A DNA stretch of 64,000 nucleotides from Candidatus Saccharimonadota bacterium (GCA_014191035.1 BJGX01000001.1:24187-88186), one strand, 5' to 3'; counted from the stretch's first letter, positions 19,681 to 32,082 are shown. Program-made: numbers and translations. Notes: a model not told the origin generated them from the letters alone.

Positions 19681-21448
19681 AATAAGAAACTTTTGTATTA
19701 TTGCCCACATTGACCACGGCAAAAGTACGCTGGCCGATAGAATGCTTGAAATAACTGGCACGGTACAAAAGCGCGATATGAAGGCTCAATTATTAGACCA
19801 GATGGATCTAGAACGTGAGAAGGGAATTACTATTAAGCTTCAGCCGGTTCGAATGCAATGGAAAGATCATGAGCTGAATTTGATAGATACTCCAGGACAC
19901 GTGGATTTTACTTATGAAGTGAGCAGAAGTTTACAGGCCTGCGAAGGCGCAATATTAATAGTCGATGCATCCCAGGGAATCCAGGCGCAAACCTTGGCTA
20001 ATGTTTATTTGGCAATGGAAGCAAACCTTACAATTATTCCGGTAATAAACAAAATTGATCTTCCGGCAGCCGAGCCGGACAAGGTTGCGGATGAAATCTC
20101 TAGCCTTCTTGGCTGTGGTCCAGAAGAGATTATTCGTATTTCCGCCAAAGAAGGTACAGATGTCGAAAAGGTCTTGGATAAAGTTGTAGAGATGGTGCCA
20201 TCACCAACTGGAAAAGTTGAATCCCCATTAAGGGCTTTGGTGTTTGATTCGGTTTATGATGAATATCGTGGTGTAATTTTGTATGTTCGAATAACTGATG
20301 GTAGCTTAAAGAAAAATGAAGCTTTGACAATGTTTGCATCACAAAAAGATACGATTGCACTGGAATGCGGACACTTTAATCCAACTATGTCTGCCGATGC
20401 TGATTTAACTTGCGGACAAATTGGTTATATCGTAACCAACTTTAAAACCACTGCCGATGCTCGTGTGGGTGATACTGTAATATCTAAAACTAACCCAGCA
20501 GGCGAGGCTTTGCCTGGCTACAAAAAAGTTCGACCATATGTGTATGCAGGCTTTTATCCAACTAGCTCGGAAGATTATCAGAATCTAAAAGATGCACTAG
20601 AAAAGCTGACCCTGAATGATTCAGCACTAGAATACGATCCTGAAAGCTCTGTTGTGCTTGGATTTGGATTCCGAGTTGGTTTCCTTGGACTTTTGCACTT
20701 AGAAATTATAAAAGAGCGCTTGGAGCGCGAATACAATTTGAGCTTAGTGGTGACCAACCCAAGTGTAGATTACAAAGTAATCACTAATAACGGAGTAGAG
20801 ACTGACATTAAGAGTGCTGGTGAATTACCCGATGTAACTCAAATTGTTGAAATCAAAGAGCCTTGGATGAAGGGTGAAATTATTGTGCCTTCAAGATTTG
20901 TTGGTAACGTGATGCAGCTTATCACTTCAATTAGGGGTCTGCAGACTAATCTAGATTACATAGATGAAGGCCTGGCGTTAATTAGTTTTCAGGCGCCAAT
21001 GGCAAACGTATTAACAGACTTTTATGACAATCTAAAAAGCACTACTTCTGGTTATGGATCGTTTAGTTACGACCTGGACGAATACCGAACCGAAGATTTA
21101 GTTAGGGTCGATATTTTGGTCGCAGGTGAGCCAGTAGATAGTTTGAGCTTAATTGTTCATCGTTCCGAGGCTGAAAGAATCGGCAATCAAGTTGTTCTAA
21201 AGCTCAAAGATGTTATTCCGCGCCAGCTTTTCGAGGTTAGCTTGCAGGCTGCTATTGGTGGTAAAATATTGTGTCGAGAAAACATCCGCCCAATGGGCAA
21301 GAATGTAACTGCCAAATTATACGGTGGTGACATTAGCCGTAAAAAGAAACTTTGGGCCAAGCAGAAGGCCGGTAAAAAGAAGATGAAAATGATCGGTAAA
21401 GTCGAAATTCCACCAGAAGCCTTTATGGTAATGCTCAAAAAAGATTAG
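19673..21448 (+). CDS. lepA: Elongation factor 4 (LepA).
   Basis: IAHIDHGKST G1 motif, DTPGHVDF, LepA C-terminal domain. Confidence 0.95.
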   Translation: MDKIRNFCIIAHIDHGKSTLADRMLEITGTVQKRDMKAQLLDQMDLEREKGITIKLQPVRMQWKDHELNLIDTPGHVDFTYEVSRSLQACEGAILIVDASQGIQAQTLANVYLAMEANLTIIPVINKIDLPAAEPDKVADEISSLLGCGPEEIIRISAKEGTDVEKVLDKVVEMVPSPTGKVESPLRALVFDSVYDEYRGVILYVRITDGSLKKNEALTMFASQKDTIALECGHFNPTMSADADLTCGQIGYIVTNFKTTADARVGDTVISKTNPAGEALPGYKKVRPYVYAGFYPTSSEDYQNLKDALEKLTLNDSALEYDPESSVVLGFGFRVGFLGLLHLEIIKERLEREYNLSLVVTNPSVDYKVITNNGVETDIKSAGELPDVTQIVEIKEPWMKGEIIVPSRFVGNVMQLITSIRGLQTNLDYIDEGLALISFQAPMANVLTDFYDNLKSTTSGYGSFSYDLDEYRTEDLVRVDILVAGEPVDSLSLIVHRSEAERIGNQVVLKLKDVIPRQLFEVSLQAAIGGKILCRENIRPMGKNVTAKLYGGDISRKKKLWAKQKAGKKKMKMIGKVEIPPEAFMVMLKKD

Positions 21449-21506
21449 TTTGTTTTTAGTAATTTATAGTTCTATAATTCTTATAGTAATTAATTAGGAA
21501 ATACTA

Positions 21507-22241
21507 ATGGAAGAATATCAGCAAGTTAAACAAGAGCTTAATAATAAAAAATCAAACAAAGGTTTAATTGCTACTTTAGTAATATTAATAATTCTAGCCA
21601 TCGCAGCAGTTAGTGGTACCTGGTACTATATGAACAATAAAGCCAAGAAAGATAAAAAGGCCCAGGAAGAGCAAATACAACAGCTTCAGAAACAGATTGA
21701 GGATCTTAAAAGTCAAGCTACTACGACTCAGTCTTCACAAACAAAAAGCTATACAACTAAATATGACAAACTTAAATTTAGTTATCCCGCCAATTGGTCA
21801 CTTACTGACAACTCTCAATCAAGTAGTACAGAAGTTTTAAATACATATGGCGTAGTTGGAACAGATAATGTAACTTTAAAAAGCCAAGATGGATTTGAAG
21901 TGATTATATTAAGTGGCGGGTTAGGAGGTTTTGCGTGCCCGCCTAACTCAGCTCAAAAAATAGTTAGTGAAAAAGTTAATATTTTAGATGGCTCATATTT
22001 TCTTAATTATTTAAAGAAAGAAAATAGTAACAATATCGATAGCATTTTTATCGCAACTAAACCAGAACAGTGCGCTAGTGATTTGAGTTCAAAAAACTTA
22101 ATTACAAAAGATACGGGTAAGGGTGCAATTTTATCAGTTACGGCTAAATACCCAAATAATAGCAATATAAATATTGATCAATTAAAAAATGACTCAGATT
22201 TGAAGGACTTTAAAAACTTACTTCAAAGTTTAAGCTATTAA
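21507..22241 (+). CDS. Hypothetical membrane-anchored protein (TM, coiled coil, extracytoplasmic domain).
   Basis: ORF with a single N-terminal TM helix. Confidence 0.45.
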   Translation: MEEYQQVKQELNNKKSNKGLIATLVILIILAIAAVSGTWYYMNNKAKKDKKAQEEQIQQLQKQIEDLKSQATTTQSSQTKSYTTKYDKLKFSYPANWSLTDNSQSSSTEVLNTYGVVGTDNVTLKSQDGFEVIILSGGLGGFACPPNSAQKIVSEKVNILDGSYFLNYLKKENSNNIDSIFIATKPEQCASDLSSKNLITKDTGKGAILSVTAKYPNNSNINIDQLKNDSDLKDFKNLLQSLSY

Positions 22242-22259
22242 AAATACAAAAAAGTCTAA

Positions 22260-22286
22260 TTAGCACTCTTGACATGAGAGTGCTAA
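22260..22286. promoter_or_regulatory. Perfect CIRCE operator TTAGCACTC-N9-GAGTGCTAA. The sigmaA -35 TTGACA lies in its spacer and the -10 TAATAT at 22292-22297.
   Basis: Exact match to the HrcA operator consensus, upstream of hrcA. Confidence 0.9.
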
Positions 22287-22306
22287 TTTTTTAATATAGA
22301 TATTAG

Positions 22307-22333
22307 TTAGCACTCTATGGTGTTGACTGCTAA
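22307..22333. promoter_or_regulatory. Second, imperfect CIRCE (TTAGCACTC-N9-GACTGCTAA, one mismatch).
   Basis: Tandem operator 47 bp downstream of the first. Confidence 0.7.
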
Positions 22334-22360
22334 AAACAGTAGTACTACTATATTAACAGA

Positions 22361-23059
22361 ATGAAAAAACGACAAAGCGACATTTTAGCCGAAATTGTAC
22401 GGCTGTATGCTGATAGCGCCGAACCGGTCAGCTCTCGTGAGCTCGCCAATAGCTTCGGGATCAGTTCAGCCACTATTAGGGCAGAAATGTCTGCACTTGA
22501 GGATGCTGGGTATATTTACCAGCCCCATGTATCTGCAGGGCGAGTGCCTACTGATGTAGGCTATAGGTATTTTGTAAACGAATTATCTAACAAGCCTTCG
22601 GTTTCTGGCCGAAGTATCCAGACCATATCAAAGCGAGTCGACAGCCTTAAGGACAGAACAGATGGAGCAATTAAGATTGCCGCCGAGACCTTGAGCGAAA
22701 TGACTGGAAATATGGCCTTTGCTACTCTTAGCGATTCGGTTTACTTTCATGGAATGAGCCAGCTATTTAGTCAGCCAGAGTTCTTGGATGTAGCCCAGGT
22801 TGGTCAAGCAGCAAGATTTCTAGACGCCATGCAGGGATGGCTTGCAACTGCCGATATCGATAAGATGCAAGTTTATATCGGTAACGAAAATCCAGTAGCT
22901 CGTGCCAGTGGACTTACGATGATAGTAAATAGATTTAGTAGTCCGTATTCGGACCGAAGCTATATCGGAATTGTTGGTCCTACCCGCCAGAGCTATGAAA
23001 AGGTTTTGAACCTGGTAGATGGTACAAGTAAAGCACTTCAGGAAGTATTTAGTGAGTAA
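22361..23059 (+). CDS. hrcA: Heat-inducible repressor HrcA, short form (232 aa).
   Basis: N-terminal winged-helix (EPVSSRELA...SSATIRAEM...GRVPTDVGYRYFV); CIRCE upstream. Confidence 0.8.
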   Translation: MKKRQSDILAEIVRLYADSAEPVSSRELANSFGISSATIRAEMSALEDAGYIYQPHVSAGRVPTDVGYRYFVNELSNKPSVSGRSIQTISKRVDSLKDRTDGAIKIAAETLSEMTGNMAFATLSDSVYFHGMSQLFSQPEFLDVAQVGQAARFLDAMQGWLATADIDKMQVYIGNENPVARASGLTMIVNRFSSPYSDRSYIGIVGPTRQSYEKVLNLVDGTSKALQEVFSE

Positions 23060-23062
23060 TTT

Positions 23063-23578
23063 ATGAAGCAGAATCCTAAAATGAAAAGAAATATTAGAGA
23101 CAAGACTGCCGAGTACGAGCAGAAGATTGGTGAACTAACCGAATCTTTGCAACGGCTTCAGGCAGAGTTTGAAAACTATAAAAAGCGCCAAGCCGAAGAG
23201 CAGGCCGCTACTATGGTTCGTGCTAAAGAAATGGTCTTAACAGAGCTTTTGCCTGCGCTAGATAATTTTGATTTAGCTACATCGCATTTGCCAGCCGAAC
23301 TCGAAAGCAATTCTTGGGCGCAAGGCATGCAATATGTTGGCCAGCAACTTACCCAAAAGCTTGATGAGCTTGGGGTGAATAAGATTATGCCAGCAGGTGA
23401 GCAATTTGATCATAATTTTCATGAAGCAATTGAGCATGTCCAGTCTGACAAACCGGAGGGCATCATTACCGACGTGATCACTCCGGGTTATCAGATTGGA
23501 GATAGGGTTGTCCGGCCAGCCCGCGTAAAAGTAAGTGGCGGAAGTAATAATTCAAATAAGCAACAAAAGGAGAATTAA
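23063..23578 (+). CDS. grpE: Nucleotide exchange factor GrpE.
   Basis: Coiled-coil N-terminus and GrpE C-terminal beta domain. Confidence 0.85.
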   Translation: MKQNPKMKRNIRDKTAEYEQKIGELTESLQRLQAEFENYKKRQAEEQAATMVRAKEMVLTELLPALDNFDLATSHLPAELESNSWAQGMQYVGQQLTQKLDELGVNKIMPAGEQFDHNFHEAIEHVQSDKPEGIITDVITPGYQIGDRVVRPARVKVSGGSNNSNKQQKEN

Positions 23579-25489
<1,911 letters not shown>

Positions 25490-25512
25490 CAAGTAGTTGC
25501 TAATAAGTCGGT

Positions 25513-26436
25513 ATGAGTAAACGAGACTACTACGAAGTTCTGGGTGTAGATAAGGGAGCATCCCAAGAAGAAATCAAAAAAGCCTTTCGCAAAAAGGCTG
25601 TTGAACTACATCCAGATCGTGGTGGCGATGAAGCTAAATTCAAGGAAGCTAATGAGGCCTATGAAGTCTTAAAGGACGAACAAAAGCGCCAGGCCTATGA
25701 CCAATTCGGGCATGCAGCGGGTGCTGATCAGGCTGGCGGGGGTTATGGTGGTGGTAATCCTTTTGGTTCTGGCTTTGGTGGCTTCAATGGGCAGGGCTTT
25801 GATCCAAATGAAATTCGTTTTGATTTTGGCGGGGGCGGCGGCGGACTTAATGACATATTTGATATGTTCTTTAGAGGTCAGCAAAACCGTACTCGCGATG
25901 TCGAAATGACACTAACAATTGATTTCCAGGAAGCTGTAAAGGGCGTTACAAAAGAAATTAGTTTGCGAATAGCCGATAATAAAAATGGCGGTCGCAAGCA
26001 GGAAGATGTAAAGATTAAAATTCCTGCAGGCATAGATAATGGCCAAGCTATTAAGCTTGAAGGAAAAGGCGAAATAAATCAAAACGGTGACAGAGGAGAT
26101 TTGTATGTGCGCATTCAGGTTAGACCAGACCGTAGATTTGAGCGCGAAGGTAGTAATATAATCAGTAAAATAAAGATTACAATGACTCAGGCAGCACTTG
26201 GTGATGAAGTTCCAATCGAAACAATTAAGGGTGAAGTCAAATTCAAAATCCCAGCCGGCACTCAGCCAAATAAGATTTTTAAATTAAGTGGCAAAGGCAT
26301 GCCCATATTAAATACTGATAGGCACGGTGACCATATTGTTATTTGTGAAGTTGAAGTTCCTACTAAGCTAAATGCTAAGCAAAAAGAGCTGCTTAAAGAA
26401 TTTGACAAGACAATTAAAAAACGTAGATTTTGGTAG
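25513..26436 (+). CDS. dnaJ: J-domain co-chaperone, type II (DnaJ/CbpA-like, no zinc finger).
   Basis: J domain with HPD, G/F-rich region, C-terminal CTD I/II. No CxxCxGxG repeats. Confidence 0.8.
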   Translation: MSKRDYYEVLGVDKGASQEEIKKAFRKKAVELHPDRGGDEAKFKEANEAYEVLKDEQKRQAYDQFGHAAGADQAGGGYGGGNPFGSGFGGFNGQGFDPNEIRFDFGGGGGGLNDIFDMFFRGQQNRTRDVEMTLTIDFQEAVKGVTKEISLRIADNKNGGRKQEDVKIKIPAGIDNGQAIKLEGKGEINQNGDRGDLYVRIQVRPDRRFEREGSNIISKIKITMTQAALGDEVPIETIKGEVKFKIPAGTQPNKIFKLSGKGMPILNTDRHGDHIVICEVEVPTKLNAKQKELLKEFDKTIKKRRFW

Positions 26437-26437
26437 T

Positions 26438-27598
26438 TTAGCCTACAAAAACACCATTTATAAAAAGAATCATTAAGACAATAGACGCAATTGCAGAAGA
26501 AATAATATAAAGCCAAAATATCCAGCGGTTCTTACTGAAGAATATTGATAAACAAATAATTATTGGAAAAACAACCATATAATAACGACCTATACTTTCC
26601 ATTGTCCCAGTGAGTAATGGCAATACAAAGTTTAATATAGAGAAAACAATATAGCTTGCCCTTATTTTATACTTATAAAAAAGGTATATTACAAAGATAG
26701 CCATTGCAACTATCAGTAAACCCAAAATGTCATTTGGCTTTATACTTTTAAATTTTATTAATTCTATTATGGGATCAAAAATAGAGCTTAAAAAAAATGG
26801 CGTAAATTTACGGTCAGGCCAACTAGTTCTGTAAGCCTCGAAGTATAAATAAAGACCCCCTCTAAACATCTGAATATAAATAAAATATAATATTGCTCCT
26901 AGCGGGGTAATTACAACCCAGAGAATTTTAGGTAAAGATCTTTTTATTGACCAGTTACTTTGGTTTAAGAATTCAACAAAAAGTGCGGGAGCTAATAGGA
27001 TTCCTGGAAGCCTAATTGAACTAGCAAAAATTGCGATGATACAAGCTAAAAGCCACCTCTTATTACGAGCGAAATAAAAAGAAGAGATTATAGCTAGTAA
27101 AAAAATAGATTCTGTATAAAGAGATAAGAAGAAAAAACTGAAAGGAAATAAAAGCAGTATAAATTGAGAGTATTTCGCTACCTTTCCTTGATAATCAATT
27201 TTTATTATTTTCTTTAAAAAATTCAATGAAAAAGCAAGGCAGAAAACATTTAATATAGTACCAATAATGATTATTGAAAAAACATTGTCAGTAAATAGTC
27301 TGAAAGGGTAAGATATGTAGCGAATAATTATTGGGTAAAATGGAAAGAATGCAGTAACGCCTATTCTTGCATTTTCATACCCGTCCTTTGCAATGGTCAA
27401 ATAGCTACTAGCATCAAATAGACTTAACCCTCCAAAAATTTTACCCACCAAAGAATTCTCATATATTGGACGAGTTTTTAAGGGGGTCATAAAGTTATAA
27501 GCAATTATACTCAAAATTAAATATGATAATACCCAAATCCATAAATATTTATTTTCTAATGATTCCTTAATAAATTTTTTCGCTGAATTTATTATCAT
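26438..27598 (-). CDS. Polytopic integral membrane protein, possibly a GT-C-type glycosyl/mannosyltransferase.
   Basis: More than 10 TM helices, no soluble domain. Confidence 0.3.
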   Translation of the reverse strand: MIINSAKKFIKESLENKYLWIWVLSYLILSIIAYNFMTPLKTRPIYENSLVGKIFGGLSLFDASSYLTIAKDGYENARIGVTAFFPFYPIIIRYISYPFRLFTDNVFSIIIIGTILNVFCLAFSLNFLKKIIKIDYQGKVAKYSQFILLLFPFSFFFLSLYTESIFLLAIISSFYFARNKRWLLACIIAIFASSIRLPGILLAPALFVEFLNQSNWSIKRSLPKILWVVITPLGAILYFIYIQMFRGGLYLYFEAYRTSWPDRKFTPFFLSSIFDPIIELIKFKSIKPNDILGLLIVAMAIFVIYLFYKYKIRASYIVFSILNFVLPLLTGTMESIGRYYMVVFPIIICLSIFFSKNRWIFWLYIISSAIASIVLMILFINGVFVG

Positions 27599-27663
27599 TT
27601 ATATATATTAACAAATATAATTTACAATGATGATTATAGAAACTATACTTTTACATAAGTACT

Positions 27664-28140
27664 ATGAAATTTGGTTTTGATATTATATTTTTGTCCATAA
27701 TCGCTGCTTCAACTGTTGGCTGCTTCTTTTTGGGAGAAGAAAAATCCCAAAGATTAATGATTGGCACAATTGTTGGTGTGGCTGCTTCAACTCAGCTATT
27801 ACAGCTACTAGATAAAGTAAGCTTTTTGAAGGTTAATTATGCAGGAGTTGGAATGAACGGATTGCTTCTTTTGCTGCCAATTTTAGTTGTTCTTTTAGGT
27901 AAAAATACAAGAGATTCAAAATACCCAAAAAGTAAAATTAAGGCCATGATAGCAGGGTTTTTATCTAGCTTTACAATTCTAGGATATTTCATAGCTAACC
28001 TTCAAGATTCAACAAGGGAAAATATCGTTACGGAATATAACCTTGCTGCAATGGCTTATGATCTCAGAATTATTGCCTTAGCACTGGTAATTATCTGGCT
28101 TTTCGTAATGTACTTAACAGTTGGTAAAGCTAAAAAATAG
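27664..28140 (+). CDS. Hypothetical membrane protein (4-5 TM).
   Basis: Hydrophobic ORF. Confidence 0.45.
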   Translation: MKFGFDIIFLSIIAASTVGCFFLGEEKSQRLMIGTIVGVAASTQLLQLLDKVSFLKVNYAGVGMNGLLLLLPILVVLLGKNTRDSKYPKSKIKAMIAGFLSSFTILGYFIANLQDSTRENIVTEYNLAAMAYDLRIIALALVIIWLFVMYLTVGKAKK

Positions 28141-28249
28141 TTGACTAAAACCTATTTTTATCTGTAAAATTGCTGAGTTACATTTAATTCTATTATTTAA
28201 GTAGTTTTTGAATTAAAATTAAAGTATAACCATTAAGAAAGGAGGTATT

Positions 28250-29155
28250 ATGAAAATACTGATACTTTCAAGACCGAACAGAAAAAACGGTGCCGAAAGA
28301 CTTTTAGAAGCAGCCCAGAAGCGCGGTCATGATGTTAGAATTGTTGATTACACCAAGTGTTATTGCAACGTAGTAAAAAGTAAGCCACAAGTATACTACG
28401 AAGGAAAGCCACTTGAGGGAATTGACGCAATAATTCCACGAATTTCTATTTCTAGCCAGGCCTACGGTAGTGCCATCATTCGTCAATTTGAGATGATGAA
28501 TGTCTTCTCTACCACTGGCTCATTAGCATTTATTCGTACCCGAGATAAACTTCGAAGTATGCAGCTTTTGGCTAGACACGATATTGATATCCCAAAGACA
28601 GTCGTAGCTAACAATACTGGCGCAGTAGATGAACTAATCGCTATGGTCGGAGGCGCTCCACTGATTGTAAAAGTCGCTCGTGGAAGCCAAGGAATGGGAG
28701 TGATGCTTGCCGAAACCCGCAGTGCGGCTCGTGCAATTATCCAGGCTTTTTACTCTCAAAATGTTAACATCTTGGTCCAAGAATTTATTGAAGAATCAAA
28801 GGGTGTGGATATTCGCGCTTTTATTGTTGGAGGAAAGATTGTCGGTGCAATGAAGCGTCAGGGTCCAGAAGGTGAGTTCAGATCAAACATTCACATTGGT
28901 GGGCATGGAACTGCAATTAAATTAACTAGAGCTGAACGCCAAATGGCATTAGGTGCTGCAAAGGCGATGAATTTAGATATCGCAGGTGTAGATTTGCTCC
29001 CTTCAGAACGTGGACCACTTGTAATGGAAGTCAATGCGTTTCCGATGTTTGGTGCCATAGAAGAAGTAACAAAGCATGACATTGCTGGTAAGATGATTGA
29101 ATACGTTGAAGACCATGTTCCAAAGAAACGGAAGAGAGACAAGGTAGGAGCCTAG
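28250..29155 (+). CDS. rimK: RimK-family ATP-grasp alpha-L-glutamate ligase.
   Basis: Collinear with E. coli RimK over the full length (KLRSMQLLARHDIDIP, GAPLIVKV, GPLVMEVNA, DIAGKMIEYVE). Confidence 0.85.
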   Translation: MKILILSRPNRKNGAERLLEAAQKRGHDVRIVDYTKCYCNVVKSKPQVYYEGKPLEGIDAIIPRISISSQAYGSAIIRQFEMMNVFSTTGSLAFIRTRDKLRSMQLLARHDIDIPKTVVANNTGAVDELIAMVGGAPLIVKVARGSQGMGVMLAETRSAARAIIQAFYSQNVNILVQEFIEESKGVDIRAFIVGGKIVGAMKRQGPEGEFRSNIHIGGHGTAIKLTRAERQMALGAAKAMNLDIAGVDLLPSERGPLVMEVNAFPMFGAIEEVTKHDIAGKMIEYVEDHVPKKRKRDKVGA

Positions 29156-29196
29156 AAGGCAAACCGTAATTAAAGTTTCTAAGGTAATTTAATTCT

Positions 29197-29796
29197 GTGA
29201 AAATTTTACTTATTAACAACAATACTCATTACAAAAAAAGACTTCAAAATCTTCTAGATAAGCATGACCTGACCATAATTAACTATGATGAAGTAAAGGG
29301 TTATGACATTGATCCTTTCGATGTAGTTGTACTTTCTGGCGGAGGAATTGAGGCGGAGGGTAGAAAGCGCTCATTAAAGAGGTTTACTCATCTTTATGAA
29401 GACCAGATTGAAATGGTCCAGCAAGCCAAAAAACCTATTGTTGGTATTTGCTTGGGCTGTCAAATTATTGGTTTTGCCTATGGCGCTGAATTACATAGAA
29501 GCTTTAAGGAACGCAGAAAAGGACTATTCCCAATCGTTGCTATTCAGAGAAATAAGGTTATGGCCGGAAAAGAAGAAGCTATGGTGTTTCAATCTAATCG
29601 TTGGATCATCACCGAACTTCCAGATGAGTTACGTTGTGTAGCTGCTTCTAGCGAGGGAGTAGAAATTATAAAACACAGGACCAAGCCAGTTTGGGGCGTT
29701 CAGTTCCATCCAGAACGCGAAAGACCAGACGGTGAAGGCCGTAAAATATTTAACCGAATACTCAAGAGAATTTACGAAGAGGAGATTGCTTCTTAA
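29197..29796 (+). CDS. Class I glutamine amidotransferase / peptidase C26-like hydrolase.
   Basis: Catalytic triad elements GICLGCQ (Cys) and VQFHPE (His-Glu); standalone ~200 aa. Confidence 0.7.
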   Translation: MKILLINNNTHYKKRLQNLLDKHDLTIINYDEVKGYDIDPFDVVVLSGGGIEAEGRKRSLKRFTHLYEDQIEMVQQAKKPIVGICLGCQIIGFAYGAELHRSFKERRKGLFPIVAIQRNKVMAGKEEAMVFQSNRWIITELPDELRCVAASSEGVEIIKHRTKPVWGVQFHPERERPDGEGRKIFNRILKRIYEEEIAS

Positions 29797-30481
29797 AATC
29801 TTTAGTTGAGTAATAGAAGTTGGTAATAATTTTTTCTGCTATTTCGGGGTTATATCTTGGTGGCTTGTTTACATTCGTAAACCACCTAAAGGGGACTCTT
29901 CGTTTGAGCCAATGTGATACCACTTCCTTACCGTGAAAGTCGGTGTATTCAGGGTGGAATTGTACTCCAAAAATTGGCTTCGACTTATGTTCGAAAGCCT
30001 GAATGTTAATTCTGTGGCTATGAGCTGTTTTACGTAATTCGCCTGGCAGATGTCTTACTGATGATTGGTGATTCTCAAATGCATAAAATTTATTTGGTAC
30101 ACCTTTGAATATTCTGGAGGGGCTAGTTCTATAAATTCTTGTCCAGCCAATCTCAGGGTGTTCAAAGTGATCAACACTTGTAAGATCTGATAGTGCAGCA
30201 ACAATCGCTTGAAAACCAAAACATATTCCTAGCATTGGTACACCTTCTCTTTCTACTTTATTTATGAATGGCCTAAGTCTGTGGTAAATAATATTCATGC
30301 CATCCACATGCGATCCCGAACCGGTTAGGATAATGTGACTATAAGCATCGAGGTTCTTTGGAAGGGTCCTTTCAATAGGATGTATTACGCTGAATTTAGA
30401 ACTAAAATGTCTGTGGAATTGGCTACAGCGAAGACATTTTTTATGTACAGAATTATCAACAATGAGTATTTTTTTAGTCAT
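29762..30481 (-). CDS. Second class I glutamine amidotransferase / C26-like hydrolase (convergent).
   Basis: GICFGFQ and VQFHPEY. Confidence 0.7.
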   Translation of the reverse strand: MTKKILIVDNSVHKKCLRCSQFHRHFSSKFSVIHPIERTLPKNLDAYSHIILTGSGSHVDGMNIIYHRLRPFINKVEREGVPMLGICFGFQAIVAALSDLTSVDHFEHPEIGWTRIYRTSPSRIFKGVPNKFYAFENHQSSVRHLPGELRKTAHSHRINIQAFEHKSKPIFGVQFHPEYTDFHGKEVVSHWLKRRVPFRWFTNVNKPPRYNPEIAEKIITNFYYSTKDFKKQSPLRKFS

Positions 30482-30583
30482 TAAGTAATTATATCAAATA
30501 ATAAGCATATAAATTTTAACCTTGAAAATTTTGCAGATAAAATATATAATTCTCGCTTACAACTAGACCTTAAAGGGGGAGCG

Positions 30584-31159
30584 ATGTTGTATGCGGCTTT
30601 TAGTACCTTAATGAATTTTGAAGACTTGGAGCGTTTTCCAAATGCAAAAGGCCTAGGAAAGTATGGCCTTGAACTTGAAAACTGTGGTGTCCACAGAATT
30701 AGAGGTTGGAAGTTTGATTATTTTAGAATCGATGGGGCTTGGAATTCGGAAAGCTACCCAGACATTACAAAAGATGATGATGACAGTATTTTTGCTCTCA
30801 TTATTGATTTTCCTCCTAGGATTTTCAATTCAATTTGTGAACATAACGGAATCTACTCTGGTCATTACAAATTCGACTATATTAATGTCGATAGTCTTGG
30901 CAGAGAAGCTCTGACTATTCGACTTTCTCGCCCTTCTGAAACTGGCAAGCCTCATTTTCAGACAGTTATGAAAATTGTAGATAATGCTTTGTCGTGTGGT
31001 GTCGATATTAGATACATCAATGAAGTAATTATCTCCAAGGCAAAGCTTGACAATAAAGATGCAACATTCTTTTTTAACGAAGATAATTATTCACCACAAG
31101 CCGATAAGTCCTGTGAAGTTATTCGTGAATGGTTTTTGAATAACAAAAAAGCCACCTAG
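30584..31159 (+). CDS. Hypothetical 191-aa protein, no recognisable motifs.
   Basis: ORF with an upstream RBS (AAAGGGGGAG). Confidence 0.5.
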   Translation: MLYAAFSTLMNFEDLERFPNAKGLGKYGLELENCGVHRIRGWKFDYFRIDGAWNSESYPDITKDDDDSIFALIIDFPPRIFNSICEHNGIYSGHYKFDYINVDSLGREALTIRLSRPSETGKPHFQTVMKIVDNALSCGVDIRYINEVIISKAKLDNKDATFFFNEDNYSPQADKSCEVIREWFLNNKKAT

Positions 31160-31173
31160 TTTATAGGTGGCTA

Positions 31174-31914
31174 TTATTTTTTGTAAGAATACAAAATTTC
31201 GTTTGTGTCACTTATCCAGGCTACAAGCGGCCTTCCAGGCTTGCCCGCTCCACAGTCCAGCATGACCCTGTTTTTTGAAACGAAAGGCTCATCTCTGGGT
31301 GAATGCCCGCTAACAACTGTTTTGCCTTCTTCATTATGAGTTTCCAGCTTAGCTAGTTCGAAAGAATAAATTTGTTCAATTTCATATTCGTAAGAATCAA
31401 GTAATGAATCAATTTCAATCTTTTGAAGTTCCCAATCTAAATTAGGCTTTATGCCGGCGTGAATCATGATTATGTTGTCAGATTCATAATATACTGGGAG
31501 ACTCAACAAAAAGTTTAAGTGTCCAAAGCTTTCCAGTGCTTCAACAAATTCCAAAAAGATTCGAAGATTGTTTTTGCGATACTTGCTGATTCCGTAGCTA
31601 AAAAGGGTATTTGATTCCATTTTTAGCCATTGGTAAATATATATGTCGCGATAAAACTCATCTTTTTGCTGGTAAGCAAGATAGGCACGTATCAAGACAT
31701 CTTCATGATTACCTCTTAGGAAAACGTGATTAAGCTTTTTTAGCTCTATACATTCATCCAGAAGCTGCTTAGTGCCTTCTCCGCGGTTTATGTAGTCGCC
31801 CAAAAAAACTAGCTTTCTGTCTTTAAGCAAATTTCTATCAAAGATTTGCTCAAGGAGGCCGTACAACAAGCTCACTTCGCCCTGTGTGTCAGGAATGACA
31901 ATAAAGGAACTCAT
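31174..31914 (-). CDS. PPP-family metallophosphatase (Ser/Thr phosphatase/ApaH-like).
   Basis: GDYINRG, GNHE, SGHS motifs. Confidence 0.65.
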   Translation of the reverse strand: MSSFIVIPDTQGEVSLLYGLLEQIFDRNLLKDRKLVFLGDYINRGEGTKQLLDECIELKKLNHVFLRGNHEDVLIRAYLAYQQKDEFYRDIYIYQWLKMESNTLFSYGISKYRKNNLRIFLEFVEALESFGHLNFLLSLPVYYESDNIIMIHAGIKPNLDWELQKIEIDSLLDSYEYEIEQIYSFELAKLETHNEEGKTVVSGHSPRDEPFVSKNRVMLDCGAGKPGRPLVAWISDTNEILYSYKK

Positions 31915-32082
31915 TCTTCCTCCTTTCGAGGAAAGACTGCCAGAGTATTTTATATATAAATAACTAATTATTCAATAACTAAAAAACACCCCTAAGCAGA
32001 GTGTTCTTTTTATGGAGGTCCATTGTCTTGTCTGTCGCAACTAAAATCAATAGGGGCGGACAATTATATATTGTAAAGTTGG

